Assembly: GCA_937919685.1 (NCBI GenBank)
Contig: CALFOM010000095.1
Span: forward strand, 4,285-68,284
Length of the DNA stretch: 64,000 nucleotides
Source of the DNA: an uncultured Phycisphaera sp.
GTDB taxonomy: Bacteria; Planctomycetota; Phycisphaerae; Phycisphaerales; SM1A02
Reading direction: 5' to 3'
Made by a program: the position numbers and the translations under genes. Shown here in pieces: positions 28,546 to 39,799 of the stretch; the first letter of the stretch is position 1; every line of letters begins with the position of its first letter. Below the pieces are notes generated by a model. It made no database searches. It was not told the origin of the DNA and saw only the letters and a list, made by a program, of their open reading frames with translations.

Positions 28546-31245
28546 TCAGGTTGTAGCTTCCGGTTCCACGGTGGATTCTTCTTCGGGCTCCGCCGGAGTC
28601 GTCGCGCAATCGATGAGTCGGTCGTCGGTCTTGAGTTTGACGACTCGGACGCCCTGGGTGTTGCGGCCGAGCCGTGACACTTCGGCGGCCGAGGTCCGGA
28701 TCATCATGCCCCCTGAGGAGATGAACATCAGGTTGTCTTCGTCGGTCACGCGCCTCACCGTGACCACGCGTCCGTTCCGGCCGGCAGTCTTGATGTCGAT
28801 ACGACCCTTTCCGCCGCGGCTCTGCGGTCGGGCCCCGTCTTCGGCTTGAACCAGATACTCCTGCAACGCCGTTCGCTTCCCGTATCCGTTGACGGTGACG
28901 GTGAGCAGGTCCGTGTCATCTTCGGCTCGTACCAGGCCGACGACTTCGTCGCTACTGGCGAGTTCGATGCCCTTCACGCCGGCGGCGGCGCGGCCCATCA
29001 CCCGAGCGTCATTCTCGTTGAAACGAATGGCCATGCCGTTCGCGGTGGCGAGCAGGACATGGTCGTCGCCTCTCGTGAGTTCGACTCCAACCAGTCGATC
29101 GCCTTCGTTGAGGTTGAGCGCGATGATGCCGCTGCGGTTGACGTTTCGGAAGTCCTTCAGCGAGGTTCGCTTCACTCGGCCGGCCTGGGTCGCAAAGAAG
29201 AGGTAGTCCTCGCTCTTCTCGAAGTCCGCGATGGGGAGGAAGAACCTGGCGGATTCGCCTTCCTTGAGATCGAGCACATTGGCGATCGAGCGGCCCTTGC
29301 TGGTCCGGCCGGCTTCGGGGATCTGCCAAACCCGGATCTTGAACACCCGCCCGGTGTTCGTAAAGCAGAGAAGGTCATGGTGCGTGCTCGCCGTGAAGAC
29401 GTGCTCGATAAAGTCGCCTTCGCGCGAGTCGCCGCCCCTGATGCCGACGCCACCGCGTCCCTGCTGGCGATAGGTCGCGACGGGAAGTCGCTTGATCCAG
29501 CCGCCGTGGGTGATGGTGACCGCGACGCGATGCTCCTGGATGAGTTCTTCCATCTCGAAGCCTTCGGCTTCGCCATCCTCGATCACCGTTCGTCGGGGGT
29601 CCGCGAACTTCTCGCGAATCTCGAGACAGTCGGCGCGGATCAGGTCGAGGATGATGCGTTCGCTGCCAAGAATCTTTTCGTAGCCCTCGATCTCTTCGTG
29701 GATCGCGCGGAGATCGGCGGCGAGTTTCTCGATTTCGAGGCCGGTCAATTGGATCAATCGGAGGGCGCCGATCGCTTCCGCCTGAACCTTGGTGAGGAGG
29801 GCGCCGACCCCGCCATTCACCTCGCGGTTCGCGGCGTCAAGCAGACGCTGCGGGATGAGCGGTGCGAAGGCATGATCCCGGGGGATCTGGAAGCGACGTT
29901 CCATCAGTCGCTCGATGGCCTCTTCCCGAGTCCGGCTTGCTCGGATGAGCCGAATGACCTCGTCGATGTCACAGACCGCGAAGATGAGACCCTCGAGCCT
30001 GTGGGCCTGCTGGCGGGCCTGTCGAACTAGGAATTCCGTCCGTCTTCGGATGACGTCGCGACGGTGGTCGATCCAGTAGTCGATGAGCGATCGAAGGTCG
30101 AGCGTTCGCGGTTGACTGTTCACCAAGGCGATGTTGATGATCGAGAACGTCGACTGGAGCGGCGTGTGCTGATAAAGCTGTCGCTCGACGACGTCGGGGT
30201 TGCCGCCCTTTTTGAGCACCACCAAGATCCTGGTGCGGGCGTCGCGACCGGAGTGGTTCCGGACGTCGGAGATCTCCGAGATCTTCCCGGACTTCGCGGC
30301 GTCGACGATCTTCTCGATCAGGCTGCTCTGATTCACCTGGTAGGGAATCTCTTCGATGATGAGGACGTCCCGACCGTTTTGGATCTCTTGCCGCACGCGT
30401 CCACGGACCATGATCCGTCCGCGACCGGTGGTGTACGCCTGGGCGATGCCCTGACGTCCCACAATGACGCCTCCGGTCGGAAAGTCCGGTCCCGGAACGG
30501 CCTGTAGCAGTTCGGCAGTCGAGAGATCCGGGTTGTCGATTATCTGAATGACGGCGTCGCAGATCTCGCCGGCATTGTGCGGCGGCATCGAACTGGCCAT
30601 GCCGACCGCGATGCCGCTCGACCCGTTGACCAGCAGGCAGGGAAACTTGGCCGGGAGGACGGTCGGCTCCATGAGCCGTTCGTCGTAGTTGGCCTTTTGG
30701 TCGACGGTCTCGAACTTGATGTCCTCGAGCATGGCGACCGCGGCGGCAGTCATGCGGGCCTCCGTGTATCGCATCGCGGCGGGGGGATCGCCTTCGATGG
30801 AGCCGAAGTTGCCTTGCTTGTCGATCAGGAGGCAGCGGGTCTTCCAGTTCTGGCCGAGATTGACCAGCGTCGGATAGATCACCGACTCGCCGTGCGGGTG
30901 GTAGTTACCCGAGGTGTCGCCGGCGATCTTCGCGCACTTGATGTGCTTTCGTCCCGGCGAAAGATTCAGGTCGTGCATCGCCACAAGAATGCGGCGCTGT
31001 GAAGGCTTGAGACCGTCACGGACATCGGGCAGCGCCCGATCCATGATGGTGCTCATCGCGTACGTCAGATAGGAATCATGAAGTTCGCGTTCGATCTCTA
31101 GGTTGACGACGCGCCCAACCGCGGCGTGAGGCGGTGCGACGATGTTCGACTCCGAATCAGCCGGTAGGCCGTTCGACTGAGCCTCGTCCGAGGTGCCATC
31201 ATTCTTCGGATCTTCTGAATCCGGGGTGATCGAGTCTTCACTCAT
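28546..31245 (-). CDS. gyrA: DNA gyrase subunit A
   Basis: [42 protein letters not shown] and C-terminal beta-pinwheel repeats. The start is the ATG at 31245 or 31302. Confidence 0.95.
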   Translation of the reverse strand: MSEDSITPDSEDPKNDGTSDEAQSNGLPADSESNIVAPPHAAVGRVVNLEIERELHDSYLTYAMSTIMDRALPDVRDGLKPSQRRILVAMHDLNLSPGRKHIKCAKIAGDTSGNYHPHGESVIYPTLVNLGQNWKTRCLLIDKQGNFGSIEGDPPAAMRYTEARMTAAAVAMLEDIKFETVDQKANYDERLMEPTVLPAKFPCLLVNGSSGIAVGMASSMPPHNAGEICDAVIQIIDNPDLSTAELLQAVPGPDFPTGGVIVGRQGIAQAYTTGRGRIMVRGRVRQEIQNGRDVLIIEEIPYQVNQSSLIEKIVDAAKSGKISEISDVRNHSGRDARTRILVVLKKGGNPDVVERQLYQHTPLQSTFSIINIALVNSQPRTLDLRSLIDYWIDHRRDVIRRRTEFLVRQARQQAHRLEGLIFAVCDIDEVIRLIRASRTREEAIERLMERRFQIPRDHAFAPLIPQRLLDAANREVNGGVGALLTKVQAEAIGALRLIQLTGLEIEKLAADLRAIHEEIEGYEKILGSERIILDLIRADCLEIREKFADPRRTVIEDGEAEGFEMEELIQEHRVAVTITHGGWIKRLPVATYRQQGRGGVGIRGGDSREGDFIEHVFTASTHHDLLCFTNTGRVFKIRVWQIPEAGRTSKGRSIANVLDLKEGESARFFLPIADFEKSEDYLFFATQAGRVKRTSLKDFRNVNRSGIIALNLNEGDRLVGVELTRGDDHVLLATANGMAIRFNENDARVMGRAAAGVKGIELASSDEVVGLVRAEDDTDLLTVTVNGYGKRTALQEYLVQAEDGARPQSRGGKGRIDIKTAGRNGRVVTVRRVTDEDNLMFISSGGMMIRTSAAEVSRLGRNTQGVRVVKLKTDDRLIDCATTPAEPEEESTVEPEATT

Positions 31246-31403
31246 GCGGGTCTTCGAATCCCTCTGTAAATCCGTTGAATTCGCGCTCTCGTATCCTTCC
31301 AACGAAGGCCAAGAGGAGAAATTCCTGAGCCTCGGATTCTACCTGAAACAAGCCCCTGACGTGGTCGCCGAAGGCCTATGAAACGGGCATTCGAGGTGCG
31401 ATT

Positions 31404-32087
31404 TCAAGGGGCGGGATCGGTCGGCGGAGCCGTCTCTTCGAGCGGGGAGAGCATCACCACGTACTCCATGTTTCCGGGGATGCCTCTTCGTTTCGCCGTC
31501 TTGCCGCCGACCAGGGGCGATGCGGTCAAACCGAGGACCCTGGCACCGAGATCCGCCATCGAATCAAGAACCTCCTGGAGAACGCGAGGAGCATGTTCCT
31601 GCGGGAGGAACCCCTTCTCCAGAAGTCCCTGATCTTCCTTTCGAACCTCGTAGTGGGGCTTGACGAGACTCACGATCCGTCGCGCACCGGACGGATTCAG
31701 CCATCGCAGTGCCGCGGGCACCGCCAGTCGTTGCGGTGTCCACGCCAGGTCCATCACCACGAGGTCGACGCCTTCTTCCGGCGGATCAGCATGCAATGCA
31801 TTGGTTCGTTCGCGGACCTCAACTCGAGGGTCCTGTCGCAACGGCCAGGCCAGGACGCCGCGTCCGGTCTCGACGGCGACCACGCTGGCCGCGCCGCGTT
31901 GCAGGAGGCAGTCCGTAAACCCGCCGACATTCGCGCCGAAGTCGGCACAGCGGAACCCGCGAACGTCGAGTTCGAATTCTTCGAGGCCGTGTTCGATCTT
32001 GAGACCCGCCCGGCTGGCGAATTTTTTTTCCGCTCCTCGAGGGGTTCCGCCCTCGCGTGGATCGCCCGGCAACGACGGTTCAGCCAT
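31404..32087 (-). CDS. tlyA: TlyA-like rRNA 2'-O-methyltransferase (no S4 domain)
   Basis: ASRAGLKIEHGLEEF...CADFGANVGGFTDCLLQRGAASVVAVETGRGVLAWPLRQDPRVEVRERTN matches the TlyA/FtsJ-like core. Confidence 0.8.
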   Translation of the reverse strand: MAEPSLPGDPREGGTPRGAEKKFASRAGLKIEHGLEEFELDVRGFRCADFGANVGGFTDCLLQRGAASVVAVETGRGVLAWPLRQDPRVEVRERTNALHADPPEEGVDLVVMDLAWTPQRLAVPAALRWLNPSGARRIVSLVKPHYEVRKEDQGLLEKGFLPQEHAPRVLQEVLDSMADLGARVLGLTASPLVGGKTAKRRGIPGNMEYVVMLSPLEETAPPTDPAP

Positions 32088-32970
32088 CGGGCGATTCCGA
32101 CTTGCTCATCGAAGAGAGTGATGCGGCCGCATCACCGTCGATGCCGACGATCGCGATACCTGCGGCATCGGCGGCGGCGAGGACCTTCGGACGGTCGGCG
32201 AGGATGACTTGGCCAGCGCCCACTGCGATGCAGGAGCAGCCAGCCAAGGCGGCGTTCCGGATGGTGATTTCGCCGATTGTTGGGACGTCCGATCGGGTGT
32301 CGTGATTGGGCGATGACGTCTTCAAGAGAGTCCATCCTCCTCGGGGGCAGAGTGTGCCGGTGCGGGCGATCATCGCATCGGTTCCTTCAAGCGCCTCCAC
32401 GCTGATCACGTCCCGTTGACGAACCGCAATGGCCTGTCCGATGTCGAGTTCGCTCGCCTTCTTCAGCAGGGACCAACCGAAGATGACATCACCGATTTCG
32501 GCAGCCGTGGGCTGGCGCGAGGTATTGACCCCGACGGTGGCGAGATGATCTTGAAGATAGGTAGTGGAGTCCACGAGATTGAGTCCGCGTTCGGCCAGAT
32601 CGTCGGCGAGGATTCGAAGGAGTGTGGCGGAGCGACGATCGAACCGCAACCTCCGGTACCAGAGGTCAAAGACGTAAAAGTCGGGAATCTTCTGGAGCAT
32701 CTCGAACTTGAAGCGACGCCGATGCATCACGTTCTTGCCGACTCGTCCGATGAGAATCGCATCTTCGCATCCCGCGCGTCGCGCCGCTCGTGCCCATCCG
32801 GTCGGTCGAAGGAAACTGACGGACCGGAATTCATCGCACGCGTCGGGGAAGGCGTCGTCGTACATGCCGCGAAGACCGAGCCCGATCACCCGACGGCCCG
32901 CGGCCCGTGCCCCGATGGCGGTGAGGCGAGGGAGGTCTCCCTGTCCGGCGATGATTGCAGTAGCGGGCAT
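32080..32970 (-). CDS. lpxI: UDP-2,3-diacylglucosamine diphosphatase LpxI (DUF1009)
   Basis: IAGQGDLP N-terminus, DIGQAIAVRQRDVISVEALEGTDAMI, and DVPTIGEITI. There is an 8-nt overlap with the downstream tlyA-like gene. Confidence 0.8.
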   Translation of the reverse strand: MPATAIIAGQGDLPRLTAIGARAAGRRVIGLGLRGMYDDAFPDACDEFRSVSFLRPTGWARAARRAGCEDAILIGRVGKNVMHRRRFKFEMLQKIPDFYVFDLWYRRLRFDRRSATLLRILADDLAERGLNLVDSTTYLQDHLATVGVNTSRQPTAAEIGDVIFGWSLLKKASELDIGQAIAVRQRDVISVEALEGTDAMIARTGTLCPRGGWTLLKTSSPNHDTRSDVPTIGEITIRNAALAGCSCIAVGAGQVILADRPKVLAAADAAGIAIVGIDGDAAASLSSMSKSESPDG

Positions 32971-33032
32971 AGATGAAAGGGTAGCGAAGCGACGGTGGAC
33001 GGCGCGGCGCTGGGGTCGCGCGAACCGCTGAA

Positions 33033-33629
33033 TCAGCTCTCCAACTGGCCCAGCGGGGGAATGAGATCGGCTTGGGTGAGTCCATGGCCCCGATCCTCCG
33101 CGAGGGCGTGAAGGACCGCGATCGCGTCGCGATCGATCGAAAGGAGCTGCCGGATGGCAGGTCGAATGAACTTTTGTTCGATGCCGTGGTCGATCATCGC
33201 CAGCAGGGGGTCGAAGTAGCCGTGATCGTTGACGATTCCCACCGGCTTGTCGTGCTCGGCGAGGACTCGTCCGACCAGAGTCTCGAAGAACTCTTCATAG
33301 GTCCCCAGTCCTCCGGGAAGCACGAGAAACGCGTCGCCTCGTTCCACCATAATCCGCTTGCGATCCCGCATCGTCTCCACGGTGATGAGTTCGGTGCAGC
33401 CTTCAAAGGCGACTTCCAAACCGGCGAGATAATGCGTGATCACGCCGACGACTTCTCCGCCAGCCGAGGCGCATGCGCGGGCTACATCGCCCATCAGTCC
33501 GGTCGACCCGCCGCCGTAGACGAGGGTGAGGCCACGAGCGGCGAGTTCCCGGCCGACCACTTCGGCGGTCCGGGTGAAATGGGAGTCGAGCGATGCGGAA
33601 CTCGAACAGTAGATCGTCACGGATTTCAT
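33033..33629 (-). CDS. LOG-family (TIGR00730) nucleotide phosphoribohydrolase
   Basis: This is the C-terminal 198 aa of ORF 33033..34550. The start is MKSVTIYCSSS. Motifs include LVYGGGSTGLMG and the PGGLGTYEEFFE motif. Confidence 0.85.
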   Translation of the reverse strand: MKSVTIYCSSSASLDSHFTRTAEVVGRELAARGLTLVYGGGSTGLMGDVARACASAGGEVVGVITHYLAGLEVAFEGCTELITVETMRDRKRIMVERGDAFLVLPGGLGTYEEFFETLVGRVLAEHDKPVGIVNDHGYFDPLLAMIDHGIEQKFIRPAIRQLLSIDRDAIAVLHALAEDRGHGLTQADLIPPLGQLES

Positions 33630-33690
33630 GATGCGACAGCGTACCCTGCCCATGGTCGGGGGACGAGCGACTGTCCTCGAGGCGGATACC

Positions 33691-34836
33691 ATGAGTCCGA
33701 TGCTCGGACCGACCCTGTTTTCAATCCCTTTCGGCTTCCTGATCGCGATGCCTCTCACGGCCTTGCTGGTTCGGGTGGGACGTCGCACCGGAGCGCTCGA
33801 TTCCGGCGGCACCGCGGGGCACCGGAAGCAACTGCGCCCAATTCCCAACATCGGGGGCATCGCGATCGCAGTCGCCACCCTCGGGCCGTTGCTGCTGGGT
33901 CTTCTCGTGCTCACCTTCGCGCCCGCGCTGATCGATTCGATCGACTTCGGTAATGCCTCGATCAGCACTTTTGCGGATCGGCTGGGTTCGGAGCGAACGG
34001 CCTGGTGGACGATTCTTCTCGGCGGCCTGGTGATGCACGTGGTCGGGGTGTACGACGACCGTCGGGCACTGGGGCCGCTTACCAAGTTCATCGCGCAACT
34101 CATTGTGGCAACGGTGGTCGTCGTGGTGGGAGAGCTAAGGCTCTTCACGGCCCTCGATCTCTTCGGTGGCGCCGGCGTCGCGTTGTCCGCGACGTTGACG
34201 GTCGCCTGGATCGTGATGATCTGCAATGCGATGAACTTTCTCGACAACATGGACGGGTTGGCCGGCGGGGTCGCCGCGATCGCGGCCGCGATCTTCATGG
34301 CAGCCACCATCATCAATGGACAGTGGTTCACCGCGAGTGCCTTCGGACTGCTCTGCGGCGGTTTGATGGGATTTCTCATCTTCAATGTTCCGCCGGCCCG
34401 GATTTTTCTTGGTGATGGCGGTTCGCTGCTGGTCGGCTGGCTGCTCGCGACGCTCACCATTCGAACCACTTTTGTCGATACCGCCGACCCCGACTTTGCG
34501 CTCGGGAGCGCCTGGTACGGCGTGCTGATGCCGGTCGTGGTGTTGGCCATTCCGATCTACGACCTGGTGACGGTCAGCCTGATTCGGATTCGGCAGGGGC
34601 GGAGCCCGCTGGTCGGCGACCAGCAGCATCTCTCCCATCGTCTGGTTGGACTCGGCCTGTCGAGAAGATCGGCGGTGCTGGTGATCTGGGCACTGTCCGC
34701 GGCCACCGGCGTCGGAGGCATCGTTCTAGGAAGTGTGGAACCCTGGCAGGCCGTGATGGTCGGGGCCCAGACGGCAGCCATTCTGCTTGTGCTCGGTCTG
34801 CTGGAAGCGGGCGCTCGTCACCGAGGTCGCGAGTGA
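33691..34836 (+). CDS. GT4 polyprenyl-phosphate N-acetylhexosamine-1-phosphate transferase (WecA/MraY family)
   Basis: ORF 33628..34836, ATG at 33691. Motifs include VYDDRRALGP, NAMNFLDNMDGLAGG and FLGDGGS. It has multiple TM helices. Confidence 0.85.
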   Translation: MSPMLGPTLFSIPFGFLIAMPLTALLVRVGRRTGALDSGGTAGHRKQLRPIPNIGGIAIAVATLGPLLLGLLVLTFAPALIDSIDFGNASISTFADRLGSERTAWWTILLGGLVMHVVGVYDDRRALGPLTKFIAQLIVATVVVVVGELRLFTALDLFGGAGVALSATLTVAWIVMICNAMNFLDNMDGLAGGVAAIAAAIFMAATIINGQWFTASAFGLLCGGLMGFLIFNVPPARIFLGDGGSLLVGWLLATLTIRTTFVDTADPDFALGSAWYGVLMPVVVLAIPIYDLVTVSLIRIRQGRSPLVGDQQHLSHRLVGLGLSRRSAVLVIWALSAATGVGGIVLGSVEPWQAVMVGAQTAAILLVLGLLEAGARHRGRE

Positions 34837-37091
34837 TGGAAGCGGCGAGGTCCGATCGTTTGATCGAGCTCGACTCGGTCGAGGATTCGACGGCCTCGGA
34901 GGCCACCGATCTAAGGCTCGCCTTCCTCCTGACGGCCATCGTCCTGCTCCGCCTGCTGCTTCCGATCACGCCGGATCGAATCTTCGATGTCGACCCAGGG
35001 CAGGTCGCCGGGCCGATGTCAGCGATGGGACCGGCGGCCGCCACCCTGCTGGATGCGCTGCTGATCGGACTGTCTGCGATCACCTTCTGGTCGGTTGGGC
35101 GACGGCGGGGGATCGATCTCAAACTCATCGTCCTCCTCTCCCTGCCGCTTCCGGTGCTTGCCTGGCATTCCCACGGAGATTTCCTGCAGACCTGGCGGGC
35201 CCTCGACTGGTTCGCGGCCGCGACGACCGGTGTGGCGCTCGGTCATCTGGTCGCGGTTCGTCGGGTTCGAGTCGTGGTGCTCGCGATGCTGCTGGGCGGC
35301 ATCGTGGTGATGGCAGGTCGAGGCGTGCATCAGGTGGCGATCGAGCATGCCGAGACGGTCTCGTTCTTCGACGCCAATCAGGCCGACATTCTGGCGGCGC
35401 GGGGTTGGCTTGAGGATTCGCCCGCCGCGTTGGCGTTCGAGCGCCGACTTCGGCAGCCGGAAGCGACCGGTTGGATTGGATTCTCAAACATCTTCAGCGG
35501 ATTCGCGGCCGCTGGATGCATCGGACTTTTGAGCGTTGTGGTCGTCTCTCGGCGGAGAGGGCATGAGGCAGGAGGCCCGGTACTGCTGGGACTGGCCGCG
35601 CTCACCATGGCCGTGCTGGTCGGCGTGAATGGTTCGAAAGGTGCGATCGCGGCGGGGGCCCTAGGACTAATCGTGATGTGGCTTCTCTTTGGTTCTTTTG
35701 GCTCGAAGTTTCGCGCCCGACCGGGTGTGATTATTTTAGCCGCGAGCGTGGCCGCATTCTTCGCCGTCCTTCTGCGGGGTTGGCTACCGGAGTCCTTTCT
35801 CGGTGATCGAAGCCTTCTCTTTCGGTGGCACTACTTCCAAGGGGCGTGGGGGATGCTCACGTCCTCACCGCTGGTCGGCGTGGGACCGGATGGATTCCAG
35901 GATGCGTATCTCCAACTGAAACCACCCCGCAGCCCCGAGGATGTGGCAAGTGCGCATTCGATGGGCGTTGACTGGCTTGCGTCGATGGGCGTGGTCGGCA
36001 TCGCGTGGATCATCGCGGCATGTCGACTGGTTCTTCAGCCCACGGATTCGACCACGGAGGATGAGCCCCCAGTGACGGCCGGCTTCGTCTGGACGGCGAG
36101 TTGGCGGATCGCGGTTGTGGTGGGCGGTCTGGGATTGTTCGCGATCCAGTGGTTCGTGGAAGCGCCGCTCGAAGTCGATGGGGTACTTCTCCGTGTGGTC
36201 GCCATCACGATGGGGATTTTCGTCGGTGTGGTGGTCATCGGTCTGCTTGCCGACGTTTCCGGGTCGATGGTCCGGGCCGTCGCGGTGGCCGCGGCGGTGG
36301 TGATCGCGGCACAGGCGCAGATCGAAATGCTCTTCTGGCAGAGTGGTTCAGCGGCGTTCTGCTGGGCCTTCCTCGCGGTCGCCGGCGGCGCCCGATCGAT
36401 CCGGGGGACCACGAGATCGAACGTGCGATCGTCGATTCGGATTCCGATCGTGGCGGCGTGCTTCGCCTTGCTGGCGATCGTGTCGTTATTCGCAGCTCTC
36501 CGCATCGGAATCGCCGACGCCCAGGTACGCAGATCCGTGGCGGACCTGCATCGCACGTTCGATGACGACCGACCTCTGCCTTCGGCGTCGGACCGTCGAG
36601 TCGCTGCGTTGGGGCTTTCTGCGGGCATCGTCGAGGACGGCGACTGGAACGACGATCGTCGAATCCGCGGCGCGATCCAACAGTTCATGGCCGCCGGTGA
36701 ACCTGCAGACGTCGCGGAGGCGCTGAGAATCGCCGACGCCTGGTCCACGGCACGACCGGGTCCGCTGTCGAGTGCGGTGCGTGCCTCGATACTCCAGGTC
36801 CTTGCGAGTGGTTCTGCCGACGCGGAGTCGGACGAAAAGGCGCTGGTGGCCATTGATGCCGCGATCGAGTTCGATCCCTGGGATCCCGCATGGCGAATCG
36901 CCCGCGCGGAGCGGCTCGCCGATCTGCAACGGTGCGACGAGGCGATGCTGGCCGTCGCCTCTGCTCGAATGCTCGACGAGCAGCGTGCACTCGACCCGAT
37001 CGTTCGGCTGGGTACGGAGGAACGACGACGCCTTGACGCGGTTGGCGTCAGATGTCGAGCTCGCGGGTCGGACGACGCGTCCGTCGATTGA
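34836..37091 (+). CDS. O-antigen-ligase-like (Wzy_C) polytopic membrane protein with a C-terminal TPR-like domain
   Basis: GTG/ATG at 34833/34836 overlaps the GT4 stop. It has at least 10 hydrophobic helices and GVGPDGFQDAYLQLKPP...AHSMGVDWLASMGVVG, the Wzy_C-type loop. The C-terminal roughly 200 aa are helical-repeat-like. Confidence 0.7.
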   Translation: MEAARSDRLIELDSVEDSTASEATDLRLAFLLTAIVLLRLLLPITPDRIFDVDPGQVAGPMSAMGPAAATLLDALLIGLSAITFWSVGRRRGIDLKLIVLLSLPLPVLAWHSHGDFLQTWRALDWFAAATTGVALGHLVAVRRVRVVVLAMLLGGIVVMAGRGVHQVAIEHAETVSFFDANQADILAARGWLEDSPAALAFERRLRQPEATGWIGFSNIFSGFAAAGCIGLLSVVVVSRRRGHEAGGPVLLGLAALTMAVLVGVNGSKGAIAAGALGLIVMWLLFGSFGSKFRARPGVIILAASVAAFFAVLLRGWLPESFLGDRSLLFRWHYFQGAWGMLTSSPLVGVGPDGFQDAYLQLKPPRSPEDVASAHSMGVDWLASMGVVGIAWIIAACRLVLQPTDSTTEDEPPVTAGFVWTASWRIAVVVGGLGLFAIQWFVEAPLEVDGVLLRVVAITMGIFVGVVVIGLLADVSGSMVRAVAVAAAVVIAAQAQIEMLFWQSGSAAFCWAFLAVAGGARSIRGTTRSNVRSSIRIPIVAACFALLAIVSLFAALRIGIADAQVRRSVADLHRTFDDDRPLPSASDRRVAALGLSAGIVEDGDWNDDRRIRGAIQQFMAAGEPADVAEALRIADAWSTARPGPLSSAVRASILQVLASGSADAESDEKALVAIDAAIEFDPWDPAWRIARAERLADLQRCDEAMLAVASARMLDEQRALDPIVRLGTEERRRLDAVGVRCRARGSDDASVD

Positions 37092-37132
37092 CGAGGTAGG
37101 TTCTTCGGGAGGCTTGCTCCCTGGGGCGCGAT

Positions 37133-37456
37133 TCACTCGTCGACCGGGAGCAGGATCTCGCCGACGGTGCGGCTGAACGTGACGCCTCGACTCGGGGGGA
37201 ATCGCTTGGCCCCCTCATCGCGGAGACCGGGTGCGTGATGCTCAAGGTATCGCTCGAACGCCGCCCGATCCGGGAATCGATATCGAACCGTGATGGTTTT
37301 CTCGTCTTCCTCCGGCTCGCTCCAATGGACGACTTCTGCTCGGTCACCGCCACCCGCCAGCACCGCCTGCATGTGGCCGTATCGGAGCCAATACACGAAT
37401 TCTTCGGCAACGTCGTTGTCTTCGAATCGCGCGGTGACCGTGTAGGCGATGGGCAT
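37133..37456 (-). CDS. DUF4286-like small protein
   Basis: MPIAYTVTARFEDNDVAEEFVYWLRYGHMQAVLAGG...TVRYRFPDRAAFERYLEHHAPGLR resembles the DUF4286 pattern. Confidence 0.55.
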   Translation of the reverse strand: MPIAYTVTARFEDNDVAEEFVYWLRYGHMQAVLAGGGDRAEVVHWSEPEEDEKTITVRYRFPDRAAFERYLEHHAPGLRDEGAKRFPPSRGVTFSRTVGEILLPVDE

Positions 37457-37562
37457 CGCAGGATGATCGGGTATCCGCCGGTCGGTTCGCTCGCCATCGA
37501 ACGGTCATCAACAGAGACGGAGTTCGAGACCTTCGGGTTCGCAGGCTCTCTCCCGGCTCAGG

Positions 37563-39530
37563 TCATCGCCCTTGCTCGGCTTCTGCGATCGCCTCCAGCA
37601 CTTGGCTTGGCGTGTAGGCATCGCTCTTCCAGATCTCTTCGCCGTTTCGGCCGTAGACGACGAGGAGGGGAATCGTGCGACGGCCGGCTTCGATCAGCTT
37701 CGCCTGTCCGTCGGGATTGTCCCCGGTGAGGTCGATCTTCATAGGGATGACGTCGGCCCTTTTGAGTTGGGCGACCACATCGTCGTCGGCCAGCACGGTT
37801 GCTTCGAGGGTCTTGCAGTTCAAGCACCACTCCGCGGTGAAGTCGAGCACGATCACCTTGTCTTCAGCGACGGCGGTCGCGAAACGTTCGGGCGTGTAGT
37901 AGACCCAGTCGATCGGACCCTTTGCGGTCATGGTCAGGCCGATCAGCACCGAAAGCGTGGTGATGAACCCGCCGACGACGGTAAAGATGATTCGGGGCAC
38001 CGCCTTCTTGGTGAGCTGAAATGTCTTGAGCAGGAGCCACAGCCCTGCGGCGGTTCCGGCCGCGGCGACGAACCACCAATAAACGTGCGACGGCGGTTCG
38101 TTTGGTTGGATCGTGAGGCCGGCGAACCCGCTGCCGATGAAGTAGATCCCCGCCGCCAGCAGCAACAGGCCCATCACCTGCTTGACGACTTCGCTGGCAG
38201 CGCCGGTTCTCGGCATGCTCTTTACCAACCTGGGGAAGGCGCTCAGGATCAGGTACGGCACCGCCATTCCCGTCCCGATCGACGCGAACACGATCAATAC
38301 GGTTCCAGGTGACTGGGTGGTCGCCCACGCGGCAGCAGCGCCCATGAGCGGCGCGGTGCACGGGGTGGAGAGCACGGCGGTCATGATGCCGAAGAGGAAG
38401 GAACCGGTCAGTGTGTCGTGTCGGGTTTGGACCGCGTAGAAGCGGTTTGGAAGATTGATGGTGAAGAAGCCTGCCATCCCGATCGCCATCACCGCGATGA
38501 CCACGCCGACGGTGATCGTGAAGATCGGATACTGGAAGAGCTGGCTGATCGACTGGAAGCTCTTCACGCCGGCGATGAGTCCGCCGAGGAACATCCAGAA
38601 AAAGACCACGCCTAGCGACATCGAGAAGCCAAGTGCGAAACAGCGGCGTCGGTTATCCGCGACGGCGCTGAGTCCCATGATCTTCAAGGGAATCACCGGA
38701 AGCACGCAGGGGGTGAAGTTCAGAAAGAGCCCGCCGATCCCTGCGACCAACAGCAGGAGCAGGAACCCGCCGCCTCCCGCGACATCCACGGTGAAGGCGA
38801 ATCCGAACACGTCAAACTCGATGACCTCGGGGGCGGTCTCTCCGCCGCGAATCTTCGCGAAGACCGTCGGGTCGAAGGCATCGAAGACCGGATTTTCTTC
38901 GTTGCTGGTTCCGCTTCCGCCCGTCGCAACGATCTCCAGCGAACCAGTCACCACCATGTCGACGGGCGCCATGCAGAGCTGGTCATCACAGGTTTGGAAC
39001 GTCAGGTTCAGAGAGACGTCGTAGGTTCCGACGGCGGCGGAGGGATCGACGGTCAGTGGGACCAAGATGGCGACCCGGCCTTCGAAGACGCCGTAGTCCT
39101 TCGGGCCATCGCCCAGATCCGCGGTCGCGCCGTGGATCTCCGGCCAGGTCGCGAACCCGGTATGGAGGGCGAAAGGGGTGACGGCGTCGGCGGGTACCGC
39201 GATCTCGGTCCGAATGGCGCCGTCGAACTCCGCGAATCCTCCGCCGATGGGTCCCGGTCCCGGCCAGAGATGCCAGCCATTATCGATCTCGAGCACCACG
39301 GCCACAACGACGTCGCTCCCCGGCGTTACCGCCGTCTTGGAGAGCAGGATCCCGGGGGTCACTCGATCTCTGGAGTCGTTGAACTCGGATTCCCCGCCGC
39401 CGTCGAATCCGAAGTCGAATTGGGCCTCCGCCCGCTGGCTGAACGCCAGCACAGGGAGGATCACGAGGAGGGTGAAGGCCCGCTGGATGGCAGATTGGAT
39501 GGTGCTCGAGGTTCTCATATCGTTGCTCAT
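37563..39530 (-). CDS. dsbD: thiol:disulfide interchange protein DsbD-like
   Basis: The order is a signal peptide, an N-terminal periplasmic domain, a central DsbD TM core (FTPCVLPVIPLK ... STPCTAPLMG), and a C-terminal thioredoxin domain (DFTAEWCLNCK). The start is ambiguous (GTG at 39554, ATG at 39530 or 39518). Confidence 0.85.
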   Translation of the reverse strand: MSNDMRTSSTIQSAIQRAFTLLVILPVLAFSQRAEAQFDFGFDGGGESEFNDSRDRVTPGILLSKTAVTPGSDVVVAVVLEIDNGWHLWPGPGPIGGGFAEFDGAIRTEIAVPADAVTPFALHTGFATWPEIHGATADLGDGPKDYGVFEGRVAILVPLTVDPSAAVGTYDVSLNLTFQTCDDQLCMAPVDMVVTGSLEIVATGGSGTSNEENPVFDAFDPTVFAKIRGGETAPEVIEFDVFGFAFTVDVAGGGGFLLLLLVAGIGGLFLNFTPCVLPVIPLKIMGLSAVADNRRRCFALGFSMSLGVVFFWMFLGGLIAGVKSFQSISQLFQYPIFTITVGVVIAVMAIGMAGFFTINLPNRFYAVQTRHDTLTGSFLFGIMTAVLSTPCTAPLMGAAAAWATTQSPGTVLIVFASIGTGMAVPYLILSAFPRLVKSMPRTGAASEVVKQVMGLLLLAAGIYFIGSGFAGLTIQPNEPPSHVYWWFVAAAGTAAGLWLLLKTFQLTKKAVPRIIFTVVGGFITTLSVLIGLTMTAKGPIDWVYYTPERFATAVAEDKVIVLDFTAEWCLNCKTLEATVLADDDVVAQLKRADVIPMKIDLTGDNPDGQAKLIEAGRRTIPLLVVYGRNGEEIWKSDAYTPSQVLEAIAEAEQGR

Positions 39531-39799
39531 GGTAGTTCGGAGGTCGCGTACCACGTCGCGGGTAAGACGGAAGGGATCCTGAAATCACGATTGGTGGGCC
39601 ACGTCCAGATAACTCATGTGGAGGCCCAAGCTTGCCGGGAGACTCTGAGCGAATCTGACGTCTTAGGTGATTCTCCCGAGGTCTCGCCTCAAGCCTAATC
39701 GGACGGCCTGCCGATGACTGAAGGGTTGCGGTGCGGTTCATTGGGGTCGGCAGGAGGCCGAATCTTGATTTTCAGCCCGCCGCCGGAGAAGTCCAAGCC

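Noticed and set aside
28846-30030. 394-aa plus-strand ORF, along with several smaller ones at 30064-31002
   Set aside because: They are antisense to gyrA, whose identity is unambiguous. They show the Arg/Asp/Gly/Val-rich mirror composition.
30478-30495. GGAAAGTCCGGTCCCGG, resembling the RNase P RNA P4 motif
   Set aside because: It lies inside gyrA, where it encodes the conserved PGPDFPTGG segment on the other strand. No other RNase P elements surround it.
33630-34550. Upper 300 codons of the 505-aa minus ORF 33033-34550
   Set aside because: They are antisense to the GT4 WecA/MraY-type gene and are Ala/Pro/Ser/Arg-rich. The LOG-family sequence starts at the internal ATG at 33629.
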